From positions 4,328 to 68,327 of the forward strand of contig JALHSZ010000010.1 in assembly GCA_022865485.1 (NCBI GenBank): DNA of 64,000 nt, given 5' to 3'. This document shows, piece after piece, positions 20,676-29,770 of this stretch (positions within the stretch are counted from its first letter, which is position 1; each line of letters opens with the position of its first letter). The position numbers and the translations under genes were made by a program. The notes under the pieces were generated by a model, which was given only the letters and a program-made list of their open reading frames with translations, did not search any database and was not told the DNA's origin. The DNA comes from Dehalococcoidales bacterium. GTDB lineage: Bacteria > Chloroflexota > Dehalococcoidia > Dehalococcoidales > BS750m-G39.

Positions 20676-21926
20676 CTACTTTAGCAACCCCTGTAGCTCC
20701 CCGACCGCCACGCTTTTCTGCTCGGCGCTGCCCATATCCCGCAGCACCGCCGTACCCGCCCTGACCTCCTCCTCCCCGATAATGACCGCGTAGCGCACGC
20801 CCAGGCTGTTGGCTTGCCTCAGCTGCGCCTTGAGGCTCTTATCCCCCATAGCTGCGATGACCCCTACCCCCGCCCCCCTCAGCTCGGCGGCCAGCTTGGT
20901 CGCCGTCTCTTTGGCTTCATCGCCCAGGCAGGCGATAAACACCCGGGGCTTGGGCAGCGGCGGTATGGCGACCTTCTGCTCTTTAAGGTTCAGTATGAGC
21001 CGTTCCATGCCCGCGGCGAAGCCGATAGCCGGGGTAGGCTTGCCCCCCAGCTCCCCGATGAGGTCGTCGTAGCGCCCCCCGCCGGCCAGCGTGCTCTGGG
21101 AGCCCCCCGCCTCGGGCTGGATCTCGAAGACCGTCCGTGTATAGTAGTCCAGCCCCCGCACCAGCTGGTGATTGACGTTAAAGGGCAGCTTAAGCAGTTC
21201 CAGGTATCTCTTCAGCTGATTGAAATGCCCGGCACACTCGTTACAGAGATAGTCCACGCTCTTGGGCGCTGCGGCGGCCACCTTTTGGCAGCCGGCCTGC
21301 TTGCAGTCGAGCAGCCGCAGCGGGTTTCGCTTCAACCGGGTCTGGCACTCGGGGCAAAGCTCCAGGGCGCGCCCCACGTAGTAGCTTTTGAGCGAATCCA
21401 CATAGTTTGGGCGGCACTGCTTGCAGCCGATGCTGTTCAGCTGCAGCGTCAGCCGGCGGAGATTCATGTCAGCGAAGAAGCGCCAGGCCAGGTCGATGAC
21501 CTCGCCGTCGAGGGCGGGGTCGCCCTCGCCGATAGCCTCGTAGCCGAACTGGTAGTGCTGGCGGTATCTCCCCGCCTGGGGCCTTTCGTATCTAAAGATA
21601 GAGGCGATATAATAGAGCTTCACCGGCTGGGGCTGGTTGTGCAGGCCGTGCTCCAGGTAGGCGCGGCAGACCGAGGCCGTGCCCTCCGGTCTCAGCGTTA
21701 GCGAGCTTTTCCCCCGGTCCTCAAAGGTGTACATTTCCTTGGTGACGATGTCGGTGTCCTCGCCGACGCTGCGGGCGAAGAGCTTGGTGTCCTCAAAGGC
21801 GGGGGTGTCGATGCGCTCGTAGCCGTAGAGCTGGGCGCTTTCAGCCACCTTCTGCTCGATGAAGCGCCAGTAGGCTTGCTCCTCGGGCAGTATGTCCGAG
21901 GTTCCTCGCGGTGCCTGATACAACAT
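20676..21926 (-). CDS. hisS: Histidyl-tRNA synthetase
   Basis: MLYQAPRGTSDILPEE, class II motifs (FRYERPQAGRYRQHYQ, GGGRYDDL). ATG at 21926 is preferred over the TTG at 21938. Confidence 0.9.
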   Translation of the reverse strand: MLYQAPRGTSDILPEEQAYWRFIEQKVAESAQLYGYERIDTPAFEDTKLFARSVGEDTDIVTKEMYTFEDRGKSSLTLRPEGTASVCRAYLEHGLHNQPQPVKLYYIASIFRYERPQAGRYRQHYQFGYEAIGEGDPALDGEVIDLAWRFFADMNLRRLTLQLNSIGCKQCRPNYVDSLKSYYVGRALELCPECQTRLKRNPLRLLDCKQAGCQKVAAAAPKSVDYLCNECAGHFNQLKRYLELLKLPFNVNHQLVRGLDYYTRTVFEIQPEAGGSQSTLAGGGRYDDLIGELGGKPTPAIGFAAGMERLILNLKEQKVAIPPLPKPRVFIACLGDEAKETATKLAAELRGAGVGVIAAMGDKSLKAQLRQANSLGVRYAVIIGEEEVRAGTAVLRDMGSAEQKSVAVGELQGLLK

Positions 21927-22022
21927 GGCTTTTCTCAAGGGTTAGAATACAGTATTAACCCTGGGTTGTAAAGGGATATTATATTTTTTGCACCCCCCGC
22001 CCCCTTGCGCTATACTTGGAAC

Positions 22023-24185
22023 ATGAGTCTGGCCGAGCTTTTAGAGAAGGCAAAAGAGTACCTGCCGCCGGAGAAGCTGCCCCTGGTGAAAGACGCCTAT
22101 GCCTTCGCCGCCGAGGCGCACGCGGGGCAGGTGCGCAAGTCGGGCGATGCCTATATCGAACACCCGCTGCAGGTGGCGCTCATCTTGGCCGGCCTCCAGT
22201 TCGACGCCAGCACCCTGGCGGCGGCTCTGCTCCACGATGTCCCCGAAAACTGCGACGTACCCCTCGACCAGCTCGAAGCCAGGTTCGGCCCCGAGGTAAC
22301 CAAGCTGGTTGATGGCACCACCAAGCTGGGCAAGCTCTCCCTGCATGCCCCCATCGCCGCCAACCGGGCTAGGCAGGCGGAGAGCCTCAGAAAAATGCTG
22401 GTGGCGATGGCGGAAGACCTGCGGGTGGTCTTTATCAAGCTGGCCGACCGCCTGCACAATATGCGCACGCTCAAGGCGCTGACGCCGGAGATGCAGCGCA
22501 GCATCGCCCAGGAAACGCTGGAAATCTATACCCCCCTCGCCCACCGCCTGGGGATATGGGAACTGAAGTGGCAGCTGGAGGATTTATCCTTCCGCTACCT
22601 GGAGCCGGAAAAGTACCACCACGTGGCTAACCTGATTGCCGCCCGCCGCGCCCAGCGCGAGAACTTTATCGCCCAGATAATCAAAATTCTAGAAGCCGAG
22701 CTCAAGCGGGTGGGCTTGCGCGCCGAGATATCGGGCCGCCCCAAGCATATCTACAGCATCTACCAGAAAATGGAAAGATACGCCACGCTGGGCAAGGACT
22801 TCGACGACATCTACGACCTACTCGCCCTGCGCATACTGGTGGGCACGGTATCCGATTGTTACAACGTTCTCGGCGTCATCCACAGCCTCTGGCGCCCCCT
22901 GACCGGTGAGTTCGACGACTTTATCGCCAACCCCAAGCCCAACGGCTATCAGGCTTTGCATACGGCGGTGATGTGCCTGGGCAACGTGCCCCTGGAGGTG
23001 CAGATTCGCACCCGCGAGATGCACCATATCGCCGAATACGGCGTGGCCGCCCACTGGCGCTATAAAGAGGGCGAGGAGAAAGACCTCCGCTTCGAAGAGC
23101 GCATATCCTGGCTGCGCCAGCTCATCGACTGGCACCGCGAGCTCAGCGGCACCGAAGAGTTTCTGGAATCGGTCAAGACCGATATCTTTATCGACCAGGT
23201 CTTCGTTTATACCCCCAAGGGGACGATAATAGACCTGCCCAAGGGGGCGACCCCCCTCGACTTCGCCTATCGCCTCCACACCGAGCTGGGCAACCGCTGC
23301 ATCGGGGCTAAGGCCAACGGCAAGCTGGTGCCCCTCAACTACCAGCTCCAAAACGGCGATGCCATCGTGATTGTCGCCGCCAAGGGGGAAAAAGGCCCCA
23401 GCCGCGACTGGCTCAACCCCCACCTCAACTACACCAAGACCTCCCACGCCCGCGCCAAGATACGCCAGTGGTTCAGCCGCCAGGAGCGGGCGGAGAACAT
23501 CGAGCGGGGCCGGGAGCTCCTGGAAAAGGAGATGCGCCACCTGGGCATAAAGCCCACCGAGCGCGAAGCGCTGGCCAAGATGTTCAAGTACGATAGCCTG
23601 GACGACTTCCTGGCGGCTATCGGCTACGGCGGCATTTCCACCCACCAGATTGCCCTGAAACTCTCCGCCCAGCAGCCCCCCCAGACCAAGCCAGCGGCCG
23701 CCCCGCCCAAGCCTCCCCAGTCGGCGATACGGGTGCTGGGGGTGGAGAATTTAGTCACCCATCTCGCCCGCTGCTGCCACCCGGTGCCCGGTGATAGGAT
23801 TATCGGCTACGTCACCCGCAGCCGGGGGGTGACTATTCACCGCAAAGACTGCTACAATATAGTCCACGAGGATGAGAAGGAACGGCTCATCGCCGTGGAT
23901 TGGGAGCCGACCGATTCCCTGTTCCCGGTCAATATCCTGGTCGAGGCCTGGGACCGGGTAGGGCTCATCCGCGACATTACCACCATCGTGGCTGAGGAGG
24001 GGTTAAACATTACCTCGATGACCTCGACCCCCGAGGCCAGCCACAAGGTGACGGAAAACTTTACCCTGCAGGCCAGGGACCTGTCCCAGTTAAGTCGGAT
24101 CATGGCAAAAATCGATGGTATTCGAGGGGTGATTGGTGTTTCCCGCATCGGCGACGAAGCCACCAGGCCAAAACCCTCGACCTAA
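22023..24185 (+). CDS. rel: Bifunctional (p)ppGpp synthetase/hydrolase (RelA/SpoT homologue)
   Basis: HD domain (YIEHPLQVALIL...LHDVPE), synthetase region (YSIYQKM, NGYQALHT), TGS and ACT regions. Confidence 0.9.
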   Translation: MSLAELLEKAKEYLPPEKLPLVKDAYAFAAEAHAGQVRKSGDAYIEHPLQVALILAGLQFDASTLAAALLHDVPENCDVPLDQLEARFGPEVTKLVDGTTKLGKLSLHAPIAANRARQAESLRKMLVAMAEDLRVVFIKLADRLHNMRTLKALTPEMQRSIAQETLEIYTPLAHRLGIWELKWQLEDLSFRYLEPEKYHHVANLIAARRAQRENFIAQIIKILEAELKRVGLRAEISGRPKHIYSIYQKMERYATLGKDFDDIYDLLALRILVGTVSDCYNVLGVIHSLWRPLTGEFDDFIANPKPNGYQALHTAVMCLGNVPLEVQIRTREMHHIAEYGVAAHWRYKEGEEKDLRFEERISWLRQLIDWHRELSGTEEFLESVKTDIFIDQVFVYTPKGTIIDLPKGATPLDFAYRLHTELGNRCIGAKANGKLVPLNYQLQNGDAIVIVAAKGEKGPSRDWLNPHLNYTKTSHARAKIRQWFSRQERAENIERGRELLEKEMRHLGIKPTEREALAKMFKYDSLDDFLAAIGYGGISTHQIALKLSAQQPPQTKPAAAPPKPPQSAIRVLGVENLVTHLARCCHPVPGDRIIGYVTRSRGVTIHRKDCYNIVHEDEKERLIAVDWEPTDSLFPVNILVEAWDRVGLIRDITTIVAEEGLNITSMTSTPEASHKVTENFTLQARDLSQLSRIMAKIDGIRGVIGVSRIGDEATRPKPST

Positions 24186-24196
24186 GGAGGAAGAGA

Positions 24197-24694
24197 TTGC
24201 CAAACATCAAATCAGCGGAAAAAAGGGTACGGGTAACGGAAAGAAAGAGGCTCCGCAACAAGTCGGCGCGCACTATGTGCAAGACCAGTATCACCAAGGC
24301 GGAGAGGCTTATTTTCATGGGCGATGTGAATGCCGCCCAGGAAGCGGTGGTGGTGGCTATCACCTCTCTGGATAAGGCCGCCGAGAAGGGGATTATCCAC
24401 CCCAATAATGCCGCCCGCCGCAAGTCGCGCCTGATGAAGAAGTTCAACCAGCTACAGGCGCAGGCGCCGTCGGCTCCGGCCGTAACCAAGCCCAAAGCGG
24501 CTAAGCCTAAGCCGAAGGCGAAGGCAGCCAAGCCCAAGGCCAAGGCGACCAAGGCCAAGGCGGCGGAAGCCAAGGCAAAGCCTAAGGCGACCAAGGCTAA
24601 AGCCAAAGCCGCCAAGCCAAAAGCCAAAGCGACTAAAGCCAAGCCCGAGAAGAGCAAAGAAAAACCCCCGGCAAAACTTGACTCAGAGGGCTAA
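24197..24694 (+). CDS. rpsT: 30S ribosomal protein S20 with a ~75-aa Lys/Ala/Pro-rich C-terminal extension
   Basis: TTG start. PNIKSAEKRVRVTERKRLRNKSARTMCKT is the S20 core. The tail is AKPKPKAKAAKPKAKATKAKAAEAKAKPKATKAKAKAAKPKAKATKAKPEKSKEKPPAK. Confidence 0.85.
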   Translation: MPNIKSAEKRVRVTERKRLRNKSARTMCKTSITKAERLIFMGDVNAAQEAVVVAITSLDKAAEKGIIHPNNAARRKSRLMKKFNQLQAQAPSAPAVTKPKAAKPKPKAKAAKPKAKATKAKAAEAKAKPKATKAKAKAAKPKAKATKAKPEKSKEKPPAKLDSEG

Positions 24695-24732
24695 AGAGGT
24701 TTATGCTCCGAGAGACAACCTAGAGGGGAAGC

Positions 24733-25320
24733 ATGATCCTATCTCAGTTTCAGACGGTGGGCCGCGACCTCTTCACCAAGGGGCTGGTCTCCTCCCATAG
24801 CGGAAACCTGAGCATCAGGCTGGGGGAGAGGATATTCATTACCCGACGCGGCAGCCGGCTGGGCTGTCTTGAGGAGCACGACCTTATCGAAACCGGTCTG
24901 TCAAAAAACGACCGCAACACCCCGCTGGCGTCGGTGGAACTGGCTGTCCACCGCGCCATCTACCGGGAAACCCCGGCACTGGCTATCGTTCACGCCCATC
25001 CCCCCCACGCCGTCGCCCTGTCGTTGACCGAAACCGAGATTGTGCCCATCGATACCGATGGCCAGTCCATAATGGAAAAGGTGCCGGTGCTGGGCTGGGG
25101 TATGAAGGTTAAACCCGGGGCGTTGGGGGACGAGATCGCTCAGGCGCTAAAGCAGAGTCGGGTGGTCCTGGTTCACGGCCACGGCACCTTCGCTATCGGC
25201 CAGCTCATGGAAGAAGCCCATAATTACACCACCACGCTGGAAGAAAGCTGCCAGGTAATCTGTCTGCTCAAGTCGCTGCGGGGGGAGGTTGCCTCCAAAA
25301 GAGGCGTGTCCAAGCAGTAA
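24733..25320 (+). CDS. Class II aldolase/adducin-domain protein
   Basis: SSHSGNLSIRL, VHAHPPHAVALS, HGHGTFAIG. Confidence 0.75.
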   Translation: MILSQFQTVGRDLFTKGLVSSHSGNLSIRLGERIFITRRGSRLGCLEEHDLIETGLSKNDRNTPLASVELAVHRAIYRETPALAIVHAHPPHAVALSLTETEIVPIDTDGQSIMEKVPVLGWGMKVKPGALGDEIAQALKQSRVVLVHGHGTFAIGQLMEEAHNYTTTLEESCQVICLLKSLRGEVASKRGVSKQ

Positions 25321-25321
25321 T

Positions 25322-26230
25322 CTACCGCTTATAAACTGGCGTGCACCAGTCAAGGTATTTGGGATTATTGCCCCGTATTATCTCGGAGTATAGCTTCTGC
25401 AGCTTCTTGGTCACCGCGCCGATTTCGCCGTCGCCTATCTTACGGCGGTCTATCTCGGCTACGGGGGTGATGTGGGCGGCGGTGCCGGTCAGGAAGCACT
25501 CTTCAGCGGTATAAAGCTCAACCCGCCCCACGTGCCTTTCTACGGTTTCGATGCCCAGCTCATCCTGGGCCAGCTTTATCACCGTATCCCGGGTAATACC
25601 GAGCAGGATGCCGTCATAGCCAGCCGGGGTAACCAGCTTGCCGTCTACGGCCAGAAAGATGTTCTCACCACTGCCCTCGGCGACATAGCCGTCAGGGGTA
25701 AGCATGATGGCTTCGTCAAAGCCGTTCTCCACGGCTTCGGTCTTAGCCACGGCATTGGTTACATAAAGTCCGGTGAGCTTGGCCCGTGGCACTTCGCCGG
25801 GGAAGCGCCAGGAAGAGACGCGGCACCTGGCTCTATCCGCATCCAGGTAGGGCCCCCAGGGGAAGGCGAAGGCCAGGAAATCACAATCTAGGTCGTGGAG
25901 GCGCACCCCCAGCGACTCCGAGCTCTTGTAAGCCAGGGGGCGGACGTAGGTATCTTCCTCAAAGCGGCACTTCGCCACCAGCTCAACCGTGAGCTGGCAT
26001 AGCTCGTCTATAGTGTAGGGCAGGTCGATATTCAACACCTGGCAGCCGTTATGCAGTCGCTGGTAGTGTTCCCTGAGGCGGAAGAGGTAAATCTGCTTCT
26101 TTTGGCTGTTCCAGTTGCCCCTGATGCCCTCGAAGACGGCGGTGCCGTAGTGAAGGAAGTTGGTCATAACCCCTATCTTGGCTTCGGCCAGGGGGACAAA
26201 CTGCTTATTAAAGTAGGCGTATGGCGGCAT
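25322..26230 (-). CDS. ilvE: Branched-chain amino acid aminotransferase
   Basis: HYGTAVFEGIRG, fold-type IV PLP enzyme layout, 302 aa. Confidence 0.85.
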   Translation of the reverse strand: MPPYAYFNKQFVPLAEAKIGVMTNFLHYGTAVFEGIRGNWNSQKKQIYLFRLREHYQRLHNGCQVLNIDLPYTIDELCQLTVELVAKCRFEEDTYVRPLAYKSSESLGVRLHDLDCDFLAFAFPWGPYLDADRARCRVSSWRFPGEVPRAKLTGLYVTNAVAKTEAVENGFDEAIMLTPDGYVAEGSGENIFLAVDGKLVTPAGYDGILLGITRDTVIKLAQDELGIETVERHVGRVELYTAEECFLTGTAAHITPVAEIDRRKIGDGEIGAVTKKLQKLYSEIIRGNNPKYLDWCTPVYKR

Positions 26231-26371
26231 TTTATTCTCTCCCTGTTAGATAGCGTCCATTATAGCTTTTAGTTGGAAATAAGACAAGTAGCTTTCTGCA
26301 TCTCTTGGGAGGCTGGACTCGGATGAGGCTAACTAGTGTATAATTAGGGTAACGAAAATAGGGGGTGAGTT

Positions 26372-26758
26372 ATGCTGGAAAAGCTTTCCACGGAAACCAT
26401 CGAAGCTATCTTTGACGCCCTGCCCGTAGATATAACCTTCGTCGATAAAGACGACACCGTCGGCTACTACAGCCGCCACAATGACCGCATCTTCCGCCGG
26501 ACGCCAGCGATAATCGGCCGGAAGGTGCAGAACTGCCATCCCCAGCAGAGCCTTCATAAGGTAAACGAGGTCGTCGCCGACCTGAAGTCGGGCAAGAGAA
26601 AGGTCGCCGAGTTCTGGATTGACCTTAAAGGGCAAAAGGTCTATATCCGCTATTTCCCGGTCAAAGACAAGGCGGGCAACTACCTTGGCATAGTCGAGGT
26701 CAGCCAGGACATCACCGACCTCCAGAAAATCAAGGGTGAAAAGCGGTTAGTGGGGTGA
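26372..26758 (+). CDS. Stand-alone PAS (PAS_10/DUF438-associated type) domain protein
   Basis: LPVDITFVDKDDTVGYYS...IGRKVQNCHPQQSLHKV...FWIDLKGQKVYIRYFPVKD..GNYLGIVEVSQDIT. Confidence 0.65.
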   Translation: MLEKLSTETIEAIFDALPVDITFVDKDDTVGYYSRHNDRIFRRTPAIIGRKVQNCHPQQSLHKVNEVVADLKSGKRKVAEFWIDLKGQKVYIRYFPVKDKAGNYLGIVEVSQDITDLQKIKGEKRLVG

Positions 26759-26775
26759 GAGGTGGGGATGATAGT

Positions 26776-27210
26776 ATGAGCAGAGTCGGGCTGGCGGTCA
26801 GCGGCTTCGGGCAGGGCTTGAATTGCTGCCAGGCGGTGCTTTCCACCTACGGCCCCCGGTTCGGCCTGGACCGCGAGCTGGCGCTTAAGGTCACCAGCGG
26901 CCTGGGGGGAGGTATTGGCCACCTGGGCGAGACCTGCGGGGTGGTGACCGGCGCTCTCATGGTCATAGGGCTGAAACACGGCGGGACGGTAGCCGGGGAT
27001 GAAAAGTCCCGGGAGAAGACTTTCAGCCTGATAAGCCGCTTTTTGGAGGAGTTCAAAGCTCGCCGCGGCTCGATTCTGTGCCGCGAGCTGCTCGGTTACG
27101 ATATAAGCATTCCCGAAGGATTGCAAGCCGTCAAGGACAAGGGGCTGTTTAGCACGCTTTGCCCCAACTTAGTCCGAGACTCGGCCGAGATTTTAGAGCA
27201 GATATTGTAA
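26776..27210 (+). CDS. C_GCAxxG_C_C family (putative redox-active) protein
   Basis: GLNCCQAVL, GETCGVVTGA, ILCRELL, TLCPNLV. The ATG at 26776 lies inside track ORF 26755..27210, and that ORF overlaps the PAS gene's stop. Confidence 0.7.
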   Translation: MSRVGLAVSGFGQGLNCCQAVLSTYGPRFGLDRELALKVTSGLGGGIGHLGETCGVVTGALMVIGLKHGGTVAGDEKSREKTFSLISRFLEEFKARRGSILCRELLGYDISIPEGLQAVKDKGLFSTLCPNLVRDSAEILEQIL

Positions 27211-27217
27211 ATAATGG

Positions 27218-28432
27218 TCACCCCCTCCCCTTCCGCCCCGTCTCCCTCAGGAACAGGGTGGGTATTATGGCGGCGGCTATAAGCAGCGCAATGACCAGGA
27301 AGCCGACGGTGTAGGCTCCCGATGTGCCTGCGGACACGATAGGCGATATTACCAAGAGCGGTATAACAACGCCCCCAACAGAATGCGCCGATATCATCAG
27401 TCCGGTGGTGCCGCCCACGTGTTCCTGGCCGATTTCGGGCAGCTCCAGCGGCATGGTCAATATCACCGGCGGCAAGGTGCCCACGCCGAGACCGCCCACG
27501 AAGACCAGGACCCAGGTCGCCACACTGGGGGCAAGCTGCCAGGCAAAGAAGAGGCTTATCGGAATAATAATCGCCGCGCCGTAGATAAAAGGCTTTCTCA
27601 GCCCCAGCCTATCGGAGAGGGCGGGCACCAGCAGGTTGCCTAGAATAGCGGCGCCGGTGAGCATGGCGGTGATAGCCCCGGCCGTGGCCGGGCTGATATG
27701 ATGAATTAGCTCCAGCGCTTCGGGGAAGTTCCCCGAAAACGCAGTGAACATCCCCATATACAGGAAATAGACCACGCAGACCAGCAAAATGTTGCGGCTC
27801 TGCAGCCCCTTTTTGATGCCGGAAATCATGGGCGGCATCTTTATCTCGACCCCCTTGGGGGCGTTCCGAGCCAGCAAAGCCCATAGGCAAGCGGCTACCA
27901 GCGTGATTATGCCGACAACAGTGAAAGCCGTCTGCCAGTCTGGGAAAAGGGGGGCGGTAAATAGCCCCAGAGTCAGCCCGAGGCCGATAGACATCGTGTA
28001 GATACCGGCGGCGAGCCCGGCCTGCTTGGGCGGGAACCAGATAGCCACCAGCTTGGGCAGGTTGGACATTGACCCGTAGGCGGCTATGCCTATCAGGCAC
28101 ATCATGATAAACATGACCTCGAAGTTGGGGGCGAAGGCTCGGGCCAGCCCCCCGACCCCGCCCAGAAAGGCGGCTATAGCCACCACCCGCCTGATGCCGA
28201 AGCGGTCGGCGGCAGCCCCCGCGGTGATGGCGCACCAGATGCCCATCATGACGGGCGCGGTGAATATCAGCGTGTACTGCAGGTGGCTTAAGCCCAGGTC
28301 AAGGGAAAGGTGGGAAGCCAGTGACGGTATCAAAAACCAGGACCAGTAGAGGCATAACAGCGTTAGCCAGGCTATGCCCAGGATAACCCAGCGGTATTTT
28401 GGGTATCTTTCCGCTTCGGTGCTCAAGCCCAC
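27218..28432 (-). CDS. MFS transporter (12-TM type)
   Basis: 404 aa, hydrophobic throughout, AADRFGIRR loop motif. Confidence 0.75.
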   Translation of the reverse strand: MGLSTEAERYPKYRWVILGIAWLTLLCLYWSWFLIPSLASHLSLDLGLSHLQYTLIFTAPVMMGIWCAITAGAAADRFGIRRVVAIAAFLGGVGGLARAFAPNFEVMFIMMCLIGIAAYGSMSNLPKLVAIWFPPKQAGLAAGIYTMSIGLGLTLGLFTAPLFPDWQTAFTVVGIITLVAACLWALLARNAPKGVEIKMPPMISGIKKGLQSRNILLVCVVYFLYMGMFTAFSGNFPEALELIHHISPATAGAITAMLTGAAILGNLLVPALSDRLGLRKPFIYGAAIIIPISLFFAWQLAPSVATWVLVFVGGLGVGTLPPVILTMPLELPEIGQEHVGGTTGLMISAHSVGGVVIPLLVISPIVSAGTSGAYTVGFLVIALLIAAAIIPTLFLRETGRKGRG

Positions 28433-28513
28433 GCGTTCATTTCTCTTTAATCAAAAGGGAGCTCTGTTGAGCATATATTAAAGGGAGGCTGGCTGTCAAT
28501 TTTTAGTGTATTT

Positions 28514-29734
28514 CTACCTCGACAGGCTCGGCGTGTTTAAGCTATAGCCCTTCCCGCCCCCCGCAAAGACATCCTTGAGCTTTAATGTCCGCCCCGTCTG
28601 GATGGCGGTGAAGCCGTACTTCTTGCGGATGCGGTCGATGGCTTTATTCAACTGCTCCTGCCGCTGGGCGGAGCCGTCCATCATATCCAGCTGCCGCCCC
28701 GCCTCCACCAGCTCCGAGACCCCGATGCCGATAAGGCGCACCGCCCGCTTTTCCCCCGTAAGCGCTCTTTTCAGCAGCCCCTGCCCCGTCTCGAAGATAG
28801 CCTGGTCGCTGTCCGTGCTCTGGCTCAGGGTGCGGCGGCGGGTGATGGTGGTGAAGTCGCCGTATCTCAGCTTCAGGGTTACGCAGCGCGCCCGCTTCCC
28901 CTTCTGGCGCAAATCGGCGCCCACCCTCTCCCCCAGGTAGCGCAGCGTCGATTCCAGCATGGCGGGGTCTTTAGTGTCCTGGCTGAAGGTAGTCTCCCGG
29001 CTGGTGGACTTGGCGGCGGCGGGCGGCTCAACTTCTCTATCATCAATGCCGCTGGCGAAGCGTTGTAGAACCTCACCAGACGCACCAAAATGGCTTTTCA
29101 GCGCTTTGGGGGGCATGGCGGATAGTTTGCCTATGGTGTCTATGCCGAGGCTCTTTAATTTTGGCTCTGTTTTTTGGCCTATTCCCGGCAGTCTGGCGAT
29201 GGGCAGCGGCGCCAGGAAAGCCCGTTCTTTACCCGCCGCCACCTCCAGCAATCCGTCGGGCTTGCTCATCTCGGAGGCGACCTTGGCAATAACCTTGCCG
29301 CTGGCGATGCCGATGGAGGCGTTAAGCCCCAGCTCCTTTTTGACCCGCTGCTTTATCTTCAGCGCCATCTGCTTGATTGAGCCGTGGAGCGACTCGAAGC
29401 CGGTGGCGTCCAGGTAGGCTTCGTCGAGCCCCATCGGCTCCAGGTAGGGGGAAAAGTCGGCCAGGATGGCCATAAATTTCTCTGAGGCGTCGCGGTATTT
29501 GGGAAAGCTCCCCTGGATGAATATGGCCTGGGGACAGAGTCGGCTGGCGGTGACCAGGGGCATGCCCGAGCGCAGCCCGAAGGCACGTGCTTCGTAAGAG
29601 GCGGCGGCGACCACCCCCCGCCCCTGGGGACGCCCCCCGACGACGACGGGCTTGCCCTTGAGGCTGGGGTCGGCCACCTGCTCCACGGAGACGAAGAAGG
29701 CGTCGAGGTCGATATGCATAATGCGGCGCGCCAT
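28514..29734 (-). CDS. dinB: DNA polymerase IV (Y-family)
   Basis: IMHIDLDAFFVSVEQ, SLDEAYLD-equivalent GLDEAYLDAT, LPIARLPGIGQKT. Confidence 0.9.
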   Translation of the reverse strand: MARRIMHIDLDAFFVSVEQVADPSLKGKPVVVGGRPQGRGVVAAASYEARAFGLRSGMPLVTASRLCPQAIFIQGSFPKYRDASEKFMAILADFSPYLEPMGLDEAYLDATGFESLHGSIKQMALKIKQRVKKELGLNASIGIASGKVIAKVASEMSKPDGLLEVAAGKERAFLAPLPIARLPGIGQKTEPKLKSLGIDTIGKLSAMPPKALKSHFGASGEVLQRFASGIDDREVEPPAAAKSTSRETTFSQDTKDPAMLESTLRYLGERVGADLRQKGKRARCVTLKLRYGDFTTITRRRTLSQSTDSDQAIFETGQGLLKRALTGEKRAVRLIGIGVSELVEAGRQLDMMDGSAQRQEQLNKAIDRIRKKYGFTAIQTGRTLKLKDVFAGGGKGYSLNTPSLSR

Positions 29735-29770
29735 ATGCCCTTATTATAGCGCAACCAGCCGATATATGGC

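Noticed and set aside
24470-24660. Quasi-periodic AAGGC/AAGCC DNA repeats, considered as a tandem-repeat locus or CRISPR-like array; also the 185-aa antisense ORF 24100..24657
   Set aside because: The periodicity is that of the Lys/Ala codons of the S20 tail, in frame with rpsT. There is no repeat-spacer architecture. The antisense ORF (ALALV repeats) is the mirror image of that tail.
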